A stretch of 64,000 bases of DNA. Origin: an uncultured Chloroflexia bacterium (GTDB lineage Bacteria; Chloroflexota; Limnocylindria; Limnocylindrales; CSP1-4). The DNA lies in assembly GCA_963707215.1 (NCBI GenBank), contig CAVPPB010000001.1, forward strand, positions 672,001-736,000, read 5' to 3'. This document shows, piece by piece, positions 10,033-20,254 of this stretch; within the stretch, counting starts at the first letter, position 1; the number at the start of each line of letters is the position of its first letter. A program made the translations under genes and the position numbers. The notes beneath the pieces were generated by a model. The model was not told the origin of the DNA. It ran no database searches and was given only the letters and a program-made list of their open reading frames with translations.

Positions 10033-11907
10033 TCAGCCCAGCGGGATGAGGACCAGCGAGTCGACCGCTACGGCCCCGAAGAGCAGGGTCAGGTAGCTGA
10101 TCGAGAACTTGTAGAGGCGGACCGCCCCGTCGGTCGAGGCCGGCTCCGCTGAACCCACCCGCCAGAGGCCGTACGACTGCCAGAGGAAGACGGCGCCGAG
10201 GGCGACCGCGGCGGCGAGGTAGATCAGGCCCATCCGGGCGACGGCGAAGAAGACCAGGCTGATGGCCACGAGCAGGACCGTGTAGAGGAGGATCTGGCGG
10301 GTCGTCTCGGCGACCCCACGGACCACCGGCAGCATCGGCACGCGGGCCGCCTCGTAGTCGCGCCGGATCCGCAGGGCGAGGGCCCAGAAGTGGGGCGGCG
10401 TCCAGTAGAAGACGAGGGCGAACAGCAGCAGCGCCGGGACGCCGACGTTGCCGGTGACCGCGGCCCAGCCGATGACCGGCGGCAGGGCCCCGGCGGCCCC
10501 ACCGATGACGATGTTCTGGGGCGTCGTCCGCTTGAGCACCAGCGTGTAGACGACGACGTAGAAGGCGATCGCGCCGAGGGTCAGGAAGGCCGCCAGCAGG
10601 TTGACGAACCAGGCCATCAGGACGACCGAGATGACGGCCAGCACCAGCCCGAAGCGGAGGGCCGCCTCGGGGTCGACCCGGGCGGCGGGCAGCGGTCGCC
10701 GCCGGGTCCGGGTCATCAGCAGGTCGATGTCGCGGTCCAGGTACTGGTTGATGGCGTTGGCCGCGCCCGCCGCCAGCGTCCCGCAGACGAGCGTCCAGAC
10801 GACCAGCCAGCCCCAGTCGAGCGGCTCGATCCCGGGCACCTCGCGGGTCGCCAGGACCATCGCCGGGACCGTGGTGATGAGGAGGAGCTCGATGATCCGG
10901 GGCTTGGTCAGGGCGACGTAGGCCCCGATCGTGTCCCGCAGTGACGGCCCTTCGGCCGCCTGGGTGCCTTCGACGCCCGGCTCCGACGCTCCGGTGGCGG
11001 TTTCCCCCGGGTGCGCCGACGCGGCCGTCCTGGCCGCGTAGTACGACAGCGCGGCGAGGCCGACGAGGGCTCCCCAGATGATCGCGCTGAAGGCGACGTG
11101 AAGGACCTGGGTCCAGCCCGCCAGCCCGGTCAGGACCTGGAGGCCGCCGACGATGACCTGGACCCCGTAGAGGATCCCGGCGACGGACGCCAGCTGCACG
11201 AGCCGGCGATCGGTCCGCTGGGTCCGCCAGGCAGCGAACCAGACCGCCAGGACGACCAGGCCGACGAGGCCAGCGATCCATCGGTGGAGGACATGGGCCG
11301 AGGTCACCTCGGTCAGCGGCGGGAACAGCGAGCCGCCCATGAGGGGCCAGTCGGGGAAGATCAGGGCCGCGTCGGTCGCCGTGACGTGGGCGCCGAACAG
11401 GAGCAGCGCGTAGACCGAGGCGGCCCCGAAGACGGCCAGCAGGGTGAAGCGCTGGCTCCGGCCATGACGCGGCAGCCGGGCCGGGAAGCCGGCCCGCACG
11501 TACAGGAACACGAGCAGCCCCAGGAGGGCCATGGCCGCCGCCAGGTGGGCCGTCACCGACTCGCCGCTGTTGCCGAGCCGCACGGTCTCGCGTCCGAGCC
11601 AGGCCTGGAAGGCGACCAGGACGAGCGTCCCGACCGAGCCCCACAGGATCGACGGCCGGTCCCGGTGGTCGACGACGGCCAGGCCGACGAGGCCGAGGAT
11701 GAGGAAGCCGATGACGACCGCGATGGCCCGGTGGATCCACTCCAGCCAGGCCTTCATGTCGTCGAGGGGCGGCACGATCTGGCCGTAGCAGAAGGGCCAG
11801 TCGGGGCAGCCCAGCCCGGAGTCCGTCGCCCGGACGATGACACCCATCGTCACGAGCAGGAACGTCGCGACGATCGAGGCGGCGGCGAGCTTCTGGTAGC
11901 GGGTCAA
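10033..11907 (-). CDS. ctaB: Heme A synthase - heme O synthase (CtaA-CtaB) fusion
   Basis: N half: SGLGCPDWPFC, EWIHR; C half: LTKPRII, DRDID..MTRTRRRP, FYWTPPHFWAL; TTG start after AGGAGG. Confidence 0.9.
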   Translation of the reverse strand: MTRYQKLAAASIVATFLLVTMGVIVRATDSGLGCPDWPFCYGQIVPPLDDMKAWLEWIHRAIAVVIGFLILGLVGLAVVDHRDRPSILWGSVGTLVLVAFQAWLGRETVRLGNSGESVTAHLAAAMALLGLLVFLYVRAGFPARLPRHGRSQRFTLLAVFGAASVYALLLFGAHVTATDAALIFPDWPLMGGSLFPPLTEVTSAHVLHRWIAGLVGLVVLAVWFAAWRTQRTDRRLVQLASVAGILYGVQVIVGGLQVLTGLAGWTQVLHVAFSAIIWGALVGLAALSYYAARTAASAHPGETATGASEPGVEGTQAAEGPSLRDTIGAYVALTKPRIIELLLITTVPAMVLATREVPGIEPLDWGWLVVWTLVCGTLAAGAANAINQYLDRDIDLLMTRTRRRPLPAARVDPEAALRFGLVLAVISVVLMAWFVNLLAAFLTLGAIAFYVVVYTLVLKRTTPQNIVIGGAAGALPPVIGWAAVTGNVGVPALLLFALVFYWTPPHFWALALRIRRDYEAARVPMLPVVRGVAETTRQILLYTVLLVAISLVFFAVARMGLIYLAAAVALGAVFLWQSYGLWRVGSAEPASTDGAVRLYKFSISYLTLLFGAVAVDSLVLIPLG

Positions 11908-12107
11908 CGGGCCTCCTGGCGCCGTGGGGAGCGGCGCGGGTCGGATCGGGCGAGCGGGACGCCGCTGGCGGGCCGGGCGGGACGCGACGGGCGCCATTCT
12001 AGCCTGACCGGACCCCGCCACCCCGGGAGGCTCCGGCCGGGTCCGATGCCACGACTCGCGCGGCGGGGCCGCCAGCGCCTTCGTCGATGCCCGTCTACCC
12101 TGTCGCC

Positions 12108-13088
12108 ATGCGACCTCGGTCTCCCGTGCCCCTGCGCGCGGCCGCCCTGTTCCTCGCGGCTGCCTTCGCGGCGGTGGGCTGCACATCGGCAGGCGGTCCC
12201 GGCTCACTCGACCCCGAGCCCTCGCCGTCGGCGGCCGCCGACCCCTCCGCAGCGTCTTCGCCGGGCGCCTCCGGCCAGCCGAGCGTCCTGCCGGTCATCA
12301 TCAGCTCGGAGCAGGTCGTCGGTACGAACCGGCTCATCTTCTCGTTCCTCGACCCGAGCGGGGCCCGACCGGTCGCGACCGCAGATCGGACCGCCAGCGC
12401 CCGGCTGTGGCCGGATGCCCGCGGCGAGGATGCCGCCGTGTCCACCGAGGGCCGCTTCCTGTGGGCCATCCCGGACGTGACCGGCGTGTACGTGGCCTAT
12501 GTCGTCTTCGAGGAGGCCGGACCGTGGACGGCGGAGTTCACGACGAGCGTGGCTGGGGGGCCGGAGGAGATCCTCCGCTTCGGCTTCGACGTCCAGGAGA
12601 CTGGGTTCGCCAGGCGCATCGGCGACACGGCGCCGTCGGTCCGCACGCCGACCCTGGCCGACGTCGGGGGCGACGTACGCCTGCTTTCGACCGACACCGT
12701 GCCCGTGGAGCGCTTCTACGAGACGTCGGTCGACGAGGCCCTGGCCGACCCTCGCCCGTTCGTCCTGGTCTTCGCGACCCCGCTCTTCTGCACGAGTACG
12801 ACCTGCGGCCCGCTGCTGGAGCAGGCGAAGAAGGCCGCGGCAGCCCACCCGGACCTGACCGTCATCAACGTCGAGCCGTACCGGATGGAGTGGAAGGATG
12901 AGCGCCTGCAGCCGATCCTCGGCGACGCCGGTCAGCTCCAGCCGGTGGAAGCCGTCGTGGCCTACGGCATCCTGTCGGAGCCCTGGATCTACGTGATCGA
13001 CGCCGAGGGCCGGATCGCGTCCGTGTTCGAAGGAGTCGTCGCGGACGACGAGCTCGAGGCGGCCTTCGCCGCCGTCGATCGAACCTAG
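12108..13088 (+). CDS. Lipoprotein with C-terminal thioredoxin/SCO-like domain (CxxxxC)
   Basis: Lipobox AAVGC; FATPLFCTSTTCGP; EPWIYVIDAEGRI. Confidence 0.75.
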   Translation: MRPRSPVPLRAAALFLAAAFAAVGCTSAGGPGSLDPEPSPSAAADPSAASSPGASGQPSVLPVIISSEQVVGTNRLIFSFLDPSGARPVATADRTASARLWPDARGEDAAVSTEGRFLWAIPDVTGVYVAYVVFEEAGPWTAEFTTSVAGGPEEILRFGFDVQETGFARRIGDTAPSVRTPTLADVGGDVRLLSTDTVPVERFYETSVDEALADPRPFVLVFATPLFCTSTTCGPLLEQAKKAAAAHPDLTVINVEPYRMEWKDERLQPILGDAGQLQPVEAVVAYGILSEPWIYVIDAEGRIASVFEGVVADDELEAAFAAVDRT

Positions 13089-13115
13089 GCTCGCCCGCCC
13101 GATCCCCCGGCGGGC

Positions 13116-13733
13116 TCAGCCGTCGAGCGGCCGCCCACCGGCACAGCCCGGGCAGGTCGCCGGTCCCGGCTCCCACGGCCCCAGCTCGGGGCGCCACCAG
13201 GCCAGGAGCTCGTAGCGCCGCCCCGAGGTCGGCGACGTCAGCACGGGTCGCTCGGCCGAGCCGGCCACCAGGACCGCGCAACCGACCACCTGGCCACCGA
13301 CCCGCTCGATGGCCCCGATCGCGTCGCCGAGCCGCTCCCGGTCGAGGACGTCGGCCACGAGGAGGACCCGTTCGCCCGCCGCGAGAGCGAGCACGTCGGC
13401 GACCCCGGCGGCGGCCAGGGCCGCCCGGACGCCGAGCTGCCGCGCCGTCTCGAACGCCAGGACGAGCCCCGGCCCGGGCAGGCCTGCGACGACGTCGACC
13501 ATCGCGGTCCCGCCGGTGTCGCGGTGAAGGCGAGCCCAGAAGGCGCACAGCTCGCCGGCCGCGACCGGGTCGAGGGCGATCCGCAGGCCGTCGACCGCCA
13601 GGCCCGAGTGGCGTCCGTCCTCCATCGCGACGTGCGGCTCGGACACGGCTCCCGAGGCACGGAGGATCGCCTCGGTCCGGGCGGCCAGCACCGCCCGGGC
13701 TGCCGCATCGACCGACCGGCGGGTCGTCGTCAT
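13116..13733 (-). CDS. pyrE: Divergent orotate phosphoribosyltransferase-like protein
   Basis: GRHS, LAFETARQLG, GERVLLVADVL and C-terminal CPGC; lies after pyrD; PRPP loop is degenerate. Confidence 0.7.
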   Translation of the reverse strand: MTTTRRSVDAAARAVLAARTEAILRASGAVSEPHVAMEDGRHSGLAVDGLRIALDPVAAGELCAFWARLHRDTGGTAMVDVVAGLPGPGLVLAFETARQLGVRAALAAAGVADVLALAAGERVLLVADVLDRERLGDAIGAIERVGGQVVGCAVLVAGSAERPVLTSPTSGRRYELLAWWRPELGPWEPGPATCPGCAGGRPLDG

Positions 13734-13743
13734 CGCCCGTGCC

Positions 13744-14901
13744 TCACGGTCGGTATTCGACGCCCCGGGCGGACGGCGGGCTCGCTCGCTCGGGCAGCGC
13801 CGTGCCGACGAGCGGGCGGTAGCCGTCGAGGCCCCGGCGCCGACACTCGTCGGCGAGCTCGTCGGCAAGCCGCACCGGCAGCATGGGATCGGCCAGGGCG
13901 GCCGTCCCGATGCCGACGGCGCTCGCCCCGACGGCCAGGAAGTCGAGGACGTCGTCGAGTCGCGTCACGCCTCCGAGCCCGATGACCGGGACGTCGACGA
14001 CCTGGGCGACCTCGAAGACGACGCGCAGGGCGATCGGTCGGATGGCGGGACCGGAGAGGCCGCCGTATCCCATCGCGACGGCGGGCGCGGTCCGGTCCTC
14101 GGCCACCGCCAGCCCGGCCACCGTGTTGATGGCGCTCACCGCGTCGGCCCCCGCCTCGACCACGGCCCGAGCCACGACCCGGATATCGGCGGCCTCGGCC
14201 GAGAGCTTGGCGATGATCGGCAGGGTCGTCGCCCGGCGGACGGCGGTCACCGCGGCCGCGGCGGACCCGGGCTCCAGGGCGAACCGCATGCCGCCACGGA
14301 ACGGTCGACAGGCCAGATCGAGCTCCAGGCCGGCCACCCCGGGGACGCCGTCGAGGCGTCGGCCGAGCTCGCCGAAGTCGCCGGGCGAGCCGGCGGCGAG
14401 GTTGACGACGACCGGGGTCCGCCAGCGGGCCCAGACCGGAGCGTAGCGCTCGAGCACGACGTCGACGCCGGGACCCTGGAGACCGACCGCGTTGAGCAGA
14501 CCGGCCGGGGCCTCGACCATGCGGCGGCCCACGTTCCCGGGCCGGGCCTGGAGGGTCGTCCCGCGCGTGACGATGGCGCCGATCCGCTCGATGTCGACGG
14601 AATCGGCGAGCTCCACGCCGAAGCCGAACGCGCCGGCCGCCCCGACCAGGGGGTTCGCCAGCGCGAGCCCGCCTCGCTCCGGGGCGAGATCGACGGCAAG
14701 GTCGACCGGCCCGCCGATGCCCGACGCTCCCGGCTGATCCGTCTCCGCCGGACCGGGCCGTCGGACGTCGGGGGTCCCCGAGGCCTTCGGACGGCTCTCG
14801 CGGGGCGCCGGGACGATCGCGCTGCGGATCCGCCGGACCGTCGGGGTCCGTTTGCCCGGTCGTCCCCCGGACGTTGTCACGACGCGCCGCTTCGCCTTCA
14901 C
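13744..14901 (-). CDS. pyrD: Divergent dihydroorotate dehydrogenase (class 1B catalytic subunit)
   Basis: NPLVGAAGAFGFG, LLNAVGLQ, AINT, GGLSGPAIRP, IGLGGV, GIGTA. Confidence 0.85.
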   Translation of the reverse strand: MKAKRRVVTTSGGRPGKRTPTVRRIRSAIVPAPRESRPKASGTPDVRRPGPAETDQPGASGIGGPVDLAVDLAPERGGLALANPLVGAAGAFGFGVELADSVDIERIGAIVTRGTTLQARPGNVGRRMVEAPAGLLNAVGLQGPGVDVVLERYAPVWARWRTPVVVNLAAGSPGDFGELGRRLDGVPGVAGLELDLACRPFRGGMRFALEPGSAAAAVTAVRRATTLPIIAKLSAEAADIRVVARAVVEAGADAVSAINTVAGLAVAEDRTAPAVAMGYGGLSGPAIRPIALRVVFEVAQVVDVPVIGLGGVTRLDDVLDFLAVGASAVGIGTAALADPMLPVRLADELADECRRRGLDGYRPLVGTALPERASPPSARGVEYRP

Positions 14902-15750
14902 CAGGCGACCTCCCAGTCGAGCTCCTCGGCGCCGAAGCCCGGGCCCTCACGGCAGGTCCGCAGCTGCTGGCCGCTCGTCCCGGCGACGACACAGCCCAGG
15001 CAGGCGCCGGCCGCACAGCCGATCGCCTGGTCGACGAGGACCAGGAGGTAGGCTCTTCGACGGGCGGCGGCGGAGCCCGGCGGGTCGGACCGCCCGCCCC
15101 CGCGCTTCCGGCCGAGCTTGGCCACGCCGAGCCGGCCGCGTCGTCCGGCGGCCAGCCGGGCCAGGGCCTCGAGTACCGGGCGCGAGGCGGCGGCGAACGC
15201 CTGATCGGCCCAGGCTTCGTACTCCGGTACGAGATCCACGACGTTACCGTGGTGGCCGAGGCCGCCGTCGGATGTGGCCACGACGTACTCGACCTCGTCC
15301 GGCAGGAGGGACGAGGGATAGACCTCGCCGGCGGTCGGTGCCCCCAGCAGGACGACGACCTGGCACCCGTCGGCCAGGGCCTCGTCGACGAGCAGACGGA
15401 GCGACGCGACGCGCTCCCCCTCCGCGATCAGCAGCAGGTGGCGGCTCCGGGGATCGCGCTCGAGCGGGCGACCGAAGGGGCCGTGGAGCTCGGCCGGGTC
15501 GCCGGGACGCAGCCGGGCGAGCCAGCTGCTCGACCGATCCGGGACGACGATCGAGACGACACCCGCCGCGCGGTCGGCGCCCTCGATCGCGAACGGCCGA
15601 CGGAGCGGCGGCCCGACCCCGTCGTCGACGATCACGTGGACATACTGGCCGGCCCGGGCGGCGGCCGCTACCGCAGGGCGCGCGGTACTGCTGGCGCCAG
15701 CGGCCCGGGAGGATCTCGCGACGGTCGACGAGGTCGGCCGTCGGGCGCAG
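14898..15750 (-). CDS. pyrK: Dihydroorotate dehydrogenase electron transfer subunit, frameshift near 15677, start approximate
   Basis: GQYVHV, LRRPF, GPFGRP, C..G.C.GC...C.EGP [2Fe-2S] motif; the N-terminal REILPG segment is in another frame. Confidence 0.8.
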
Positions 15751-15760
15751 GCGACCGCGG

Positions 15761-16627
15761 TCAGGCGGAGCCGTTGCGGTCGCCGTCGCCGTCCTCCGCG
15801 CTCTGGTCGAACTCGGGCGCGACCTCGGGCCAGCCCTCGGCGATCGCGTCGGCGATGTCGCCGAAGACGTCGGTCGGATCGTAGAACTCGACCAGGTCCT
15901 CGGGCCCGGTCAGCGAGCGCCACTCGCCCTCGGCGTCCTCCGGGATCACCTCGGCGCGCAGGGAGCCGTCCTGGCGGAGGATCAGTCGCTCATCGTCGTC
16001 GTCGACGACGATGAGGTCGCCGAGGAACGAGCTCGCCGAGCCGGCCGCGACCTCGAACTGCTCGAGCAGGTCTGCCTCGCTCCGCTGGCTGCGCTCCTGG
16101 AACTCGAGGGCGAGGTCATAGATCCTTCGGGCGGCGCTGTCGGCATCGGTGGGGGGCTCGGCCTGCCGTCGCGCCCAGGCGTCGGCCGCCTCGGCGTAGG
16201 CGGCCGCATCGGCGACCGTCTCGGCCGGCGAGATGCCGGCCACGTCCAGCAGCTCGTCGGTGGCCGTCGGCTCCGGCGCGATGCCGGCCGACTCGCGGGC
16301 CGCCTCGGCGAAGGCCTGGTAGAGGTCGGCGGGGTTGTAGAGCTCGACGAGCTCGGCCGCGCTCTCGATGACCTCGGTGTCGCTCTGCCACTCGCCGGTC
16401 GAATCGTCCAGGTAGCGGGCGCGGCTCCTGAAGGTCAGGTCAGGAGCGACCGAGAGGTAGTCGGGGTCCTCGTCGATGAGGGTCAGGCCGCCGAGCTCCT
16501 CCAGCCGGGCGCGGTTCGCCTCCAGGAATCGCTGGAGCTGCTCGGTCGCCTGGACGATGGCGTCCTGTCGTTCGAGGGCGGCGTCAGCCGCGAGCTCGCC
16601 GAGCAGTGCGTTGCGGGCGTCTGCCAT
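15761..16627 (-). CDS. Acidic hypothetical protein with internal duplication
   Basis: Good codon bias, AAGGAGG RBS, two homologous halves. Confidence 0.85.
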   Translation of the reverse strand: MADARNALLGELAADAALERQDAIVQATEQLQRFLEANRARLEELGGLTLIDEDPDYLSVAPDLTFRSRARYLDDSTGEWQSDTEVIESAAELVELYNPADLYQAFAEAARESAGIAPEPTATDELLDVAGISPAETVADAAAYAEAADAWARRQAEPPTDADSAARRIYDLALEFQERSQRSEADLLEQFEVAAGSASSFLGDLIVVDDDDERLILRQDGSLRAEVIPEDAEGEWRSLTGPEDLVEFYDPTDVFGDIADAIAEGWPEVAPEFDQSAEDGDGDRNGSA

Positions 16628-16645
16628 CGCGGTTCGCCTCCTTCG

Positions 16646-17017
16646 TCAGCCGTGGTACTCGAGATCGGGACCCATCCGCTCGCGCAGGAACATGGAGTGA
16701 TGCCGCTCGAAGATCCACTCCCCGGCACGGTGCCCCAGGACCCGGGTCTCCTCGTCGGCCTCCAGCTTGTCGAGCGTCGCGTAGTCGGGCAGGTCGAAGA
16801 GCATGACGTTGTCGAAATCCCAGCCATGGGCGACGTTGTACCAGCCCAGAAAGCGGATCCCGAAGCGCTCCTCGTAGTCGCGGACCTGCTTCGGGAACTG
16901 GGTGCGCATGAACGTCTTGAAGAACGGGTCGCGGCCTCGGCGAACGGAGAAGAAGGTCGCGAGCACGGGCACGGGCGGGTGTCCTCCAGGCGGCTGGACT
17001 GCGACGTCGCCGTCCAT
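16646..17017 (-). CDS. Hypothetical protein, possible dimeric alpha/beta-barrel fold
   Basis: Protein-like composition (GIRFLGWYNV..WDFDNVMLFDLPDY); co-oriented with the downstream genes. Confidence 0.75.
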   Translation of the reverse strand: MDGDVAVQPPGGHPPVPVLATFFSVRRGRDPFFKTFMRTQFPKQVRDYEERFGIRFLGWYNVAHGWDFDNVMLFDLPDYATLDKLEADEETRVLGHRAGEWIFERHHSMFLRERMGPDLEYHG

Positions 17018-17040
17018 TGTCGCACGGCGACGGGAGCCCC

Positions 17041-17502
17041 TCAGCGCTCGTCCGGCGGGTCCGCCGCTGGTCCGTCGGTCCGGCGCTCGTCCTCGAGCTC
17101 GCCGACCGTCCTGGTCGAGCTGGCCAGCGGGCGCCGCCGGCCCTCCCGCCGGTCGGCGGCGACGAGCCGCAGCAGGAAGATCACGGTCTGCCCGGCGAAG
17201 AAGAGCAGGCCCAGGGTGACGATGAGGAGCGCCGCGCTGACGACCGAGGGCCAGCCGAGACTGACGCTCAGCGGCGTCAGGACGACGAAGACGACGAACA
17301 GGGCCACCTGGATCCAGAAGCAGCCGAGACCGGGGCCCCTGGCCGGGTCGAGATCGGCGCCCTTGTACTGGACCTGCGGTGAGGAAGGATGCGGGGCGGC
17401 CGCACCATCGCCGGATCCTTCGGCGGACGTGGGCGCGGCGGGGTCGACCGGGCCGGTCTCGGGAGCGTCGGGTACGCCGGATGCGGACGATGGCTCGGTC
17501 AC
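17041..17502 (-). CDS. Hypothetical two-TM membrane protein
   Basis: Two hydrophobic helices; TAGAGT upstream of the GTG. Confidence 0.7.
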   Translation of the reverse strand: MTEPSSASGVPDAPETGPVDPAAPTSAEGSGDGAAAPHPSSPQVQYKGADLDPARGPGLGCFWIQVALFVVFVVLTPLSVSLGWPSVVSAALLIVTLGLLFFAGQTVIFLLRLVAADRREGRRRPLASSTRTVGELEDERRTDGPAADPPDER

Positions 17503-17592
17503 GCCCCGGACTCTACCCGGAACCGCCCGGCCACGCGTGTCTGGTCGACCGGTCGCCCATCGAGGTCCGCTGCCCGGCTACCATCGGCGGCG

Positions 17593-19195
17593 ATGCCCGG
17601 ACCCGACCCCTTCGACCCGATGGACCCGCGAGCGGCGCGTGCCGACGAGGTCGACGACTTCCTGCAGCGCTTTGCCTGGCACCCCGAGCCCGAGCTCATC
17701 GGGTTCCGCTACGCGTCGGCCTCTCGCGAGGCTCTCGCCCGGCTCGGCGAGGCGGCCTGGGCGGCCGGTCTCGACTACCTCTTCGACGAGGCGCTCCGGC
17801 GGGCCATGGGCGAGCCCGTCGGCTACGCCGAGCTGCGCCGCCGCTTCTTCGGCGAGCGCAACCGTCCGACGGCCGCTCCGCGCGATCCGACCACCAGCGG
17901 GGCCGTCCTCCGCGAGTTCACCGAGCGGATCGCCCCGCATCAGCTCAACGCCTACCACCCCCGCTCGTTCTCCTACTTCACGCCGCCGCCGCTGCCGATG
18001 TCGATCGCCGGCGAGGTCCTGACCCAGTGGTCGAACCAGGGGATCGACGTCTGGCACGCGGGGCCGGTCGGCGCCTTCGTCGAGGAGGAGGTCGTCCGCT
18101 GGCTCTGCGAGCTGGTCGGCTACGACGAGGAGAGCTTCGGCCTGCTGGCGTCGGGAGGGGTCATGGCCAATTTCATGGCCATGGCCCTGGTCCGCGACGT
18201 CCACCTCCGGTCACTGCTGGATCCGGGCCCGCCGCCGCGCGGTGGTGCCCTCGAGCGCGTTCGCTTGTACGCGAGCGACCAGACCCACTTCTCGGTGGGC
18301 CGGGCGCCTCGATGAGCTCGGCTTTCCGCCCGGGACCCTCGTCGTCGTGCCGTCCGACCGGCGCTTCCGCCTGCAGGCGGGACCGGTCGCGGAGGCGATC
18401 GCCCGGGACCGCGCCGCCGGCCTGCTGCCGGTCGCCATCGTCGCCGTGGCCGGCTCCACGAACACGGGCTCGGTCGACCTGGTCGAGGAGCTGGCCGACC
18501 TGGCCCGTGCCGAGGACCTCTGGCTCCACGTGGATGCCGCCTACGGCGGCGCCGCCCGGCTGTCCGACCGCGACCGGGACCGGGTCCCGGGCCTCGATCG
18601 GGCCGACAGTGTCACGATCGACCCCCACAAGTGGTTCTTCCAGGCGTACGACGTCGGCGCCCTGGTCGTCCGCCGTGGTCGGGACCTGGTCGACACTTTC
18701 CACCGTTCGCCCGAGTACTACCGTGGCGGCAGCGGTGATCTCCTGGGGACCGACGAGCCGCTCAACTTCTACCAGCTCGGCTTCGAAGGGACCCGGCGCT
18801 GGCGGGCCCTCAAGCTCTGGCTGTCGTGGAAGCACCTTGGGACGCGCGGTCTCGGTCGGCTCGTCGAAGCGAACGACGACCTCGCCGCCTACCTGGCCCG
18901 GAGGATCGCCGAGAGCGACGACTTCGAGGCCGAGCCGGTCGAGCCTGAGCTGTCGGTCGTCTGCTTCCGCCACCTGCCCGGTGGTCGGGCGGGCGCCGCG
19001 ACGATCGAGCCGACCACCCTCGACGCCCACCAGGACCACCTCCAGGGCGCGCTCGAGGCATCGGGCGACGGCTGGCTATCCACGACCGTGCTCCGGGGAC
19101 GGACCTACCTGCGGGCCGGCATCGTCAACTACCTGGCCACCGAGTCGGACGTCGATCGGCTGCTCGATCGTCTCCGCGGGTTCGCCGAGGGCTGA
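17593..19195 (+). CDS. Group II PLP-dependent decarboxylase, +1 frameshift near 18307
   Basis: SGGVMAN, SDQTHFS, WLHVDAAYGG and DSVTIDPHKW split across two frames. Confidence 0.85.
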
Positions 19196-19242
19196 CCCGG
19201 CCCGGGGACCGTTCCGCACGACCGGGGTAGCCTGTGGGTCCG

Positions 19243-20247
19243 ATGATCGTCGAGCCGACCCCAGCCAGGCCGCCAGGCAGACGGCCGCCCGTCGTCGCGG
19301 CGGCCGTCGCCGTCGTCGCCGTCCTGGTCGCGGTGATCGCCGCCGGCTCGCTGGGGCCCGACGCTCCACCGCCCCCACCCGAGGCGGTCGCCAGGGATGG
19401 CGAGGCTCGGATCAGCCCGCCGGCCAGCCCGTCCGACGACCCGTCCATCCAGGACCCCGGCTTCCCGGCGGAGGTCCTCGGCCTGCCGGTCCGCGATGTC
19501 GTCGCCGTCGTCGACGGGCGCCGGGCCGAGGGCCTGACCGGGCTGGTGGCCGTCGCCGGCTACCTGACCGTCGCCGGGCGACCCAGCGAGTGCCTGCCGG
19601 CGATGACCGGCTCGCAGACCCCGGCAGCCGGTATGACCCGTCCGTTCTGCCGTCGCGAGGCGGTCATCGCCTCCACCCCTGAGGGCGCGTCCGGCGATCC
19701 CGAGCGGGAGCCGTCGGCATGGGCCCGCGGCCCCCACCTCCACGCCCAGGTCGTCCCGGGGACGTCGCTCCCGTACTCGGTCGAGCCGCCGTTCGGCAAC
19801 GACCGGCGCGACGCCGTCCCGGTCGTCGTCCTGGCCAGCTTCGACGACGGGCGCGCCCGGACGATCGGCTGCGGCCAGGAGGTCTTCTACTGCTTCGAGA
19901 CCCTGACCATCGAGCGGGTCCTCTGGGCGGAGGGTCGTTGGCAGGACCGGCGGCGGGCGCTCGACCCTGGGTTGGAGGCAGGGCCCCGCCTGGGCGGCCG
20001 GGAGCGCCTGTTGATCACCTCGACCGTGCTGCCCGGCAGCGGCCCGGTGCTGGGCGAGACGCTCCTGCGGCGGGATGCCCTTGCGATCGTCGACCCGCTC
20101 GCGCATGCCGAGGCCGGCCCGACGGAGCGGCCCGTCTGGTACCTCCGTCTGCTCGCCTCGCCGTCGTCGGACGGCGGCCGACGGGTCGCCTGGCTCGTCC
20201 TGGAGGATGTCAGCGGGCGGATCCTGGCCCGCGGCGACGCCGGCTAG
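19243..20247 (+). CDS. Membrane-anchored hypothetical protein
   Basis: N-terminal TM helix, Pro-rich linker, four Cys. Confidence 0.6.
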   Translation: MIVEPTPARPPGRRPPVVAAAVAVVAVLVAVIAAGSLGPDAPPPPPEAVARDGEARISPPASPSDDPSIQDPGFPAEVLGLPVRDVVAVVDGRRAEGLTGLVAVAGYLTVAGRPSECLPAMTGSQTPAAGMTRPFCRREAVIASTPEGASGDPEREPSAWARGPHLHAQVVPGTSLPYSVEPPFGNDRRDAVPVVVLASFDDGRARTIGCGQEVFYCFETLTIERVLWAEGRWQDRRRALDPGLEAGPRLGGRERLLITSTVLPGSGPVLGETLLRRDALAIVDPLAHAEAGPTERPVWYLRLLASPSSDGGRRVAWLVLEDVSGRILARGDAG

Positions 20248-20254
20248 ATCCGCG

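Noticed and set aside
7825-18310. Programmed frameshifting in HAD, pyrK and the decarboxylase
   Set aside because: No slippery heptamers; single extra bases fit sequencing error
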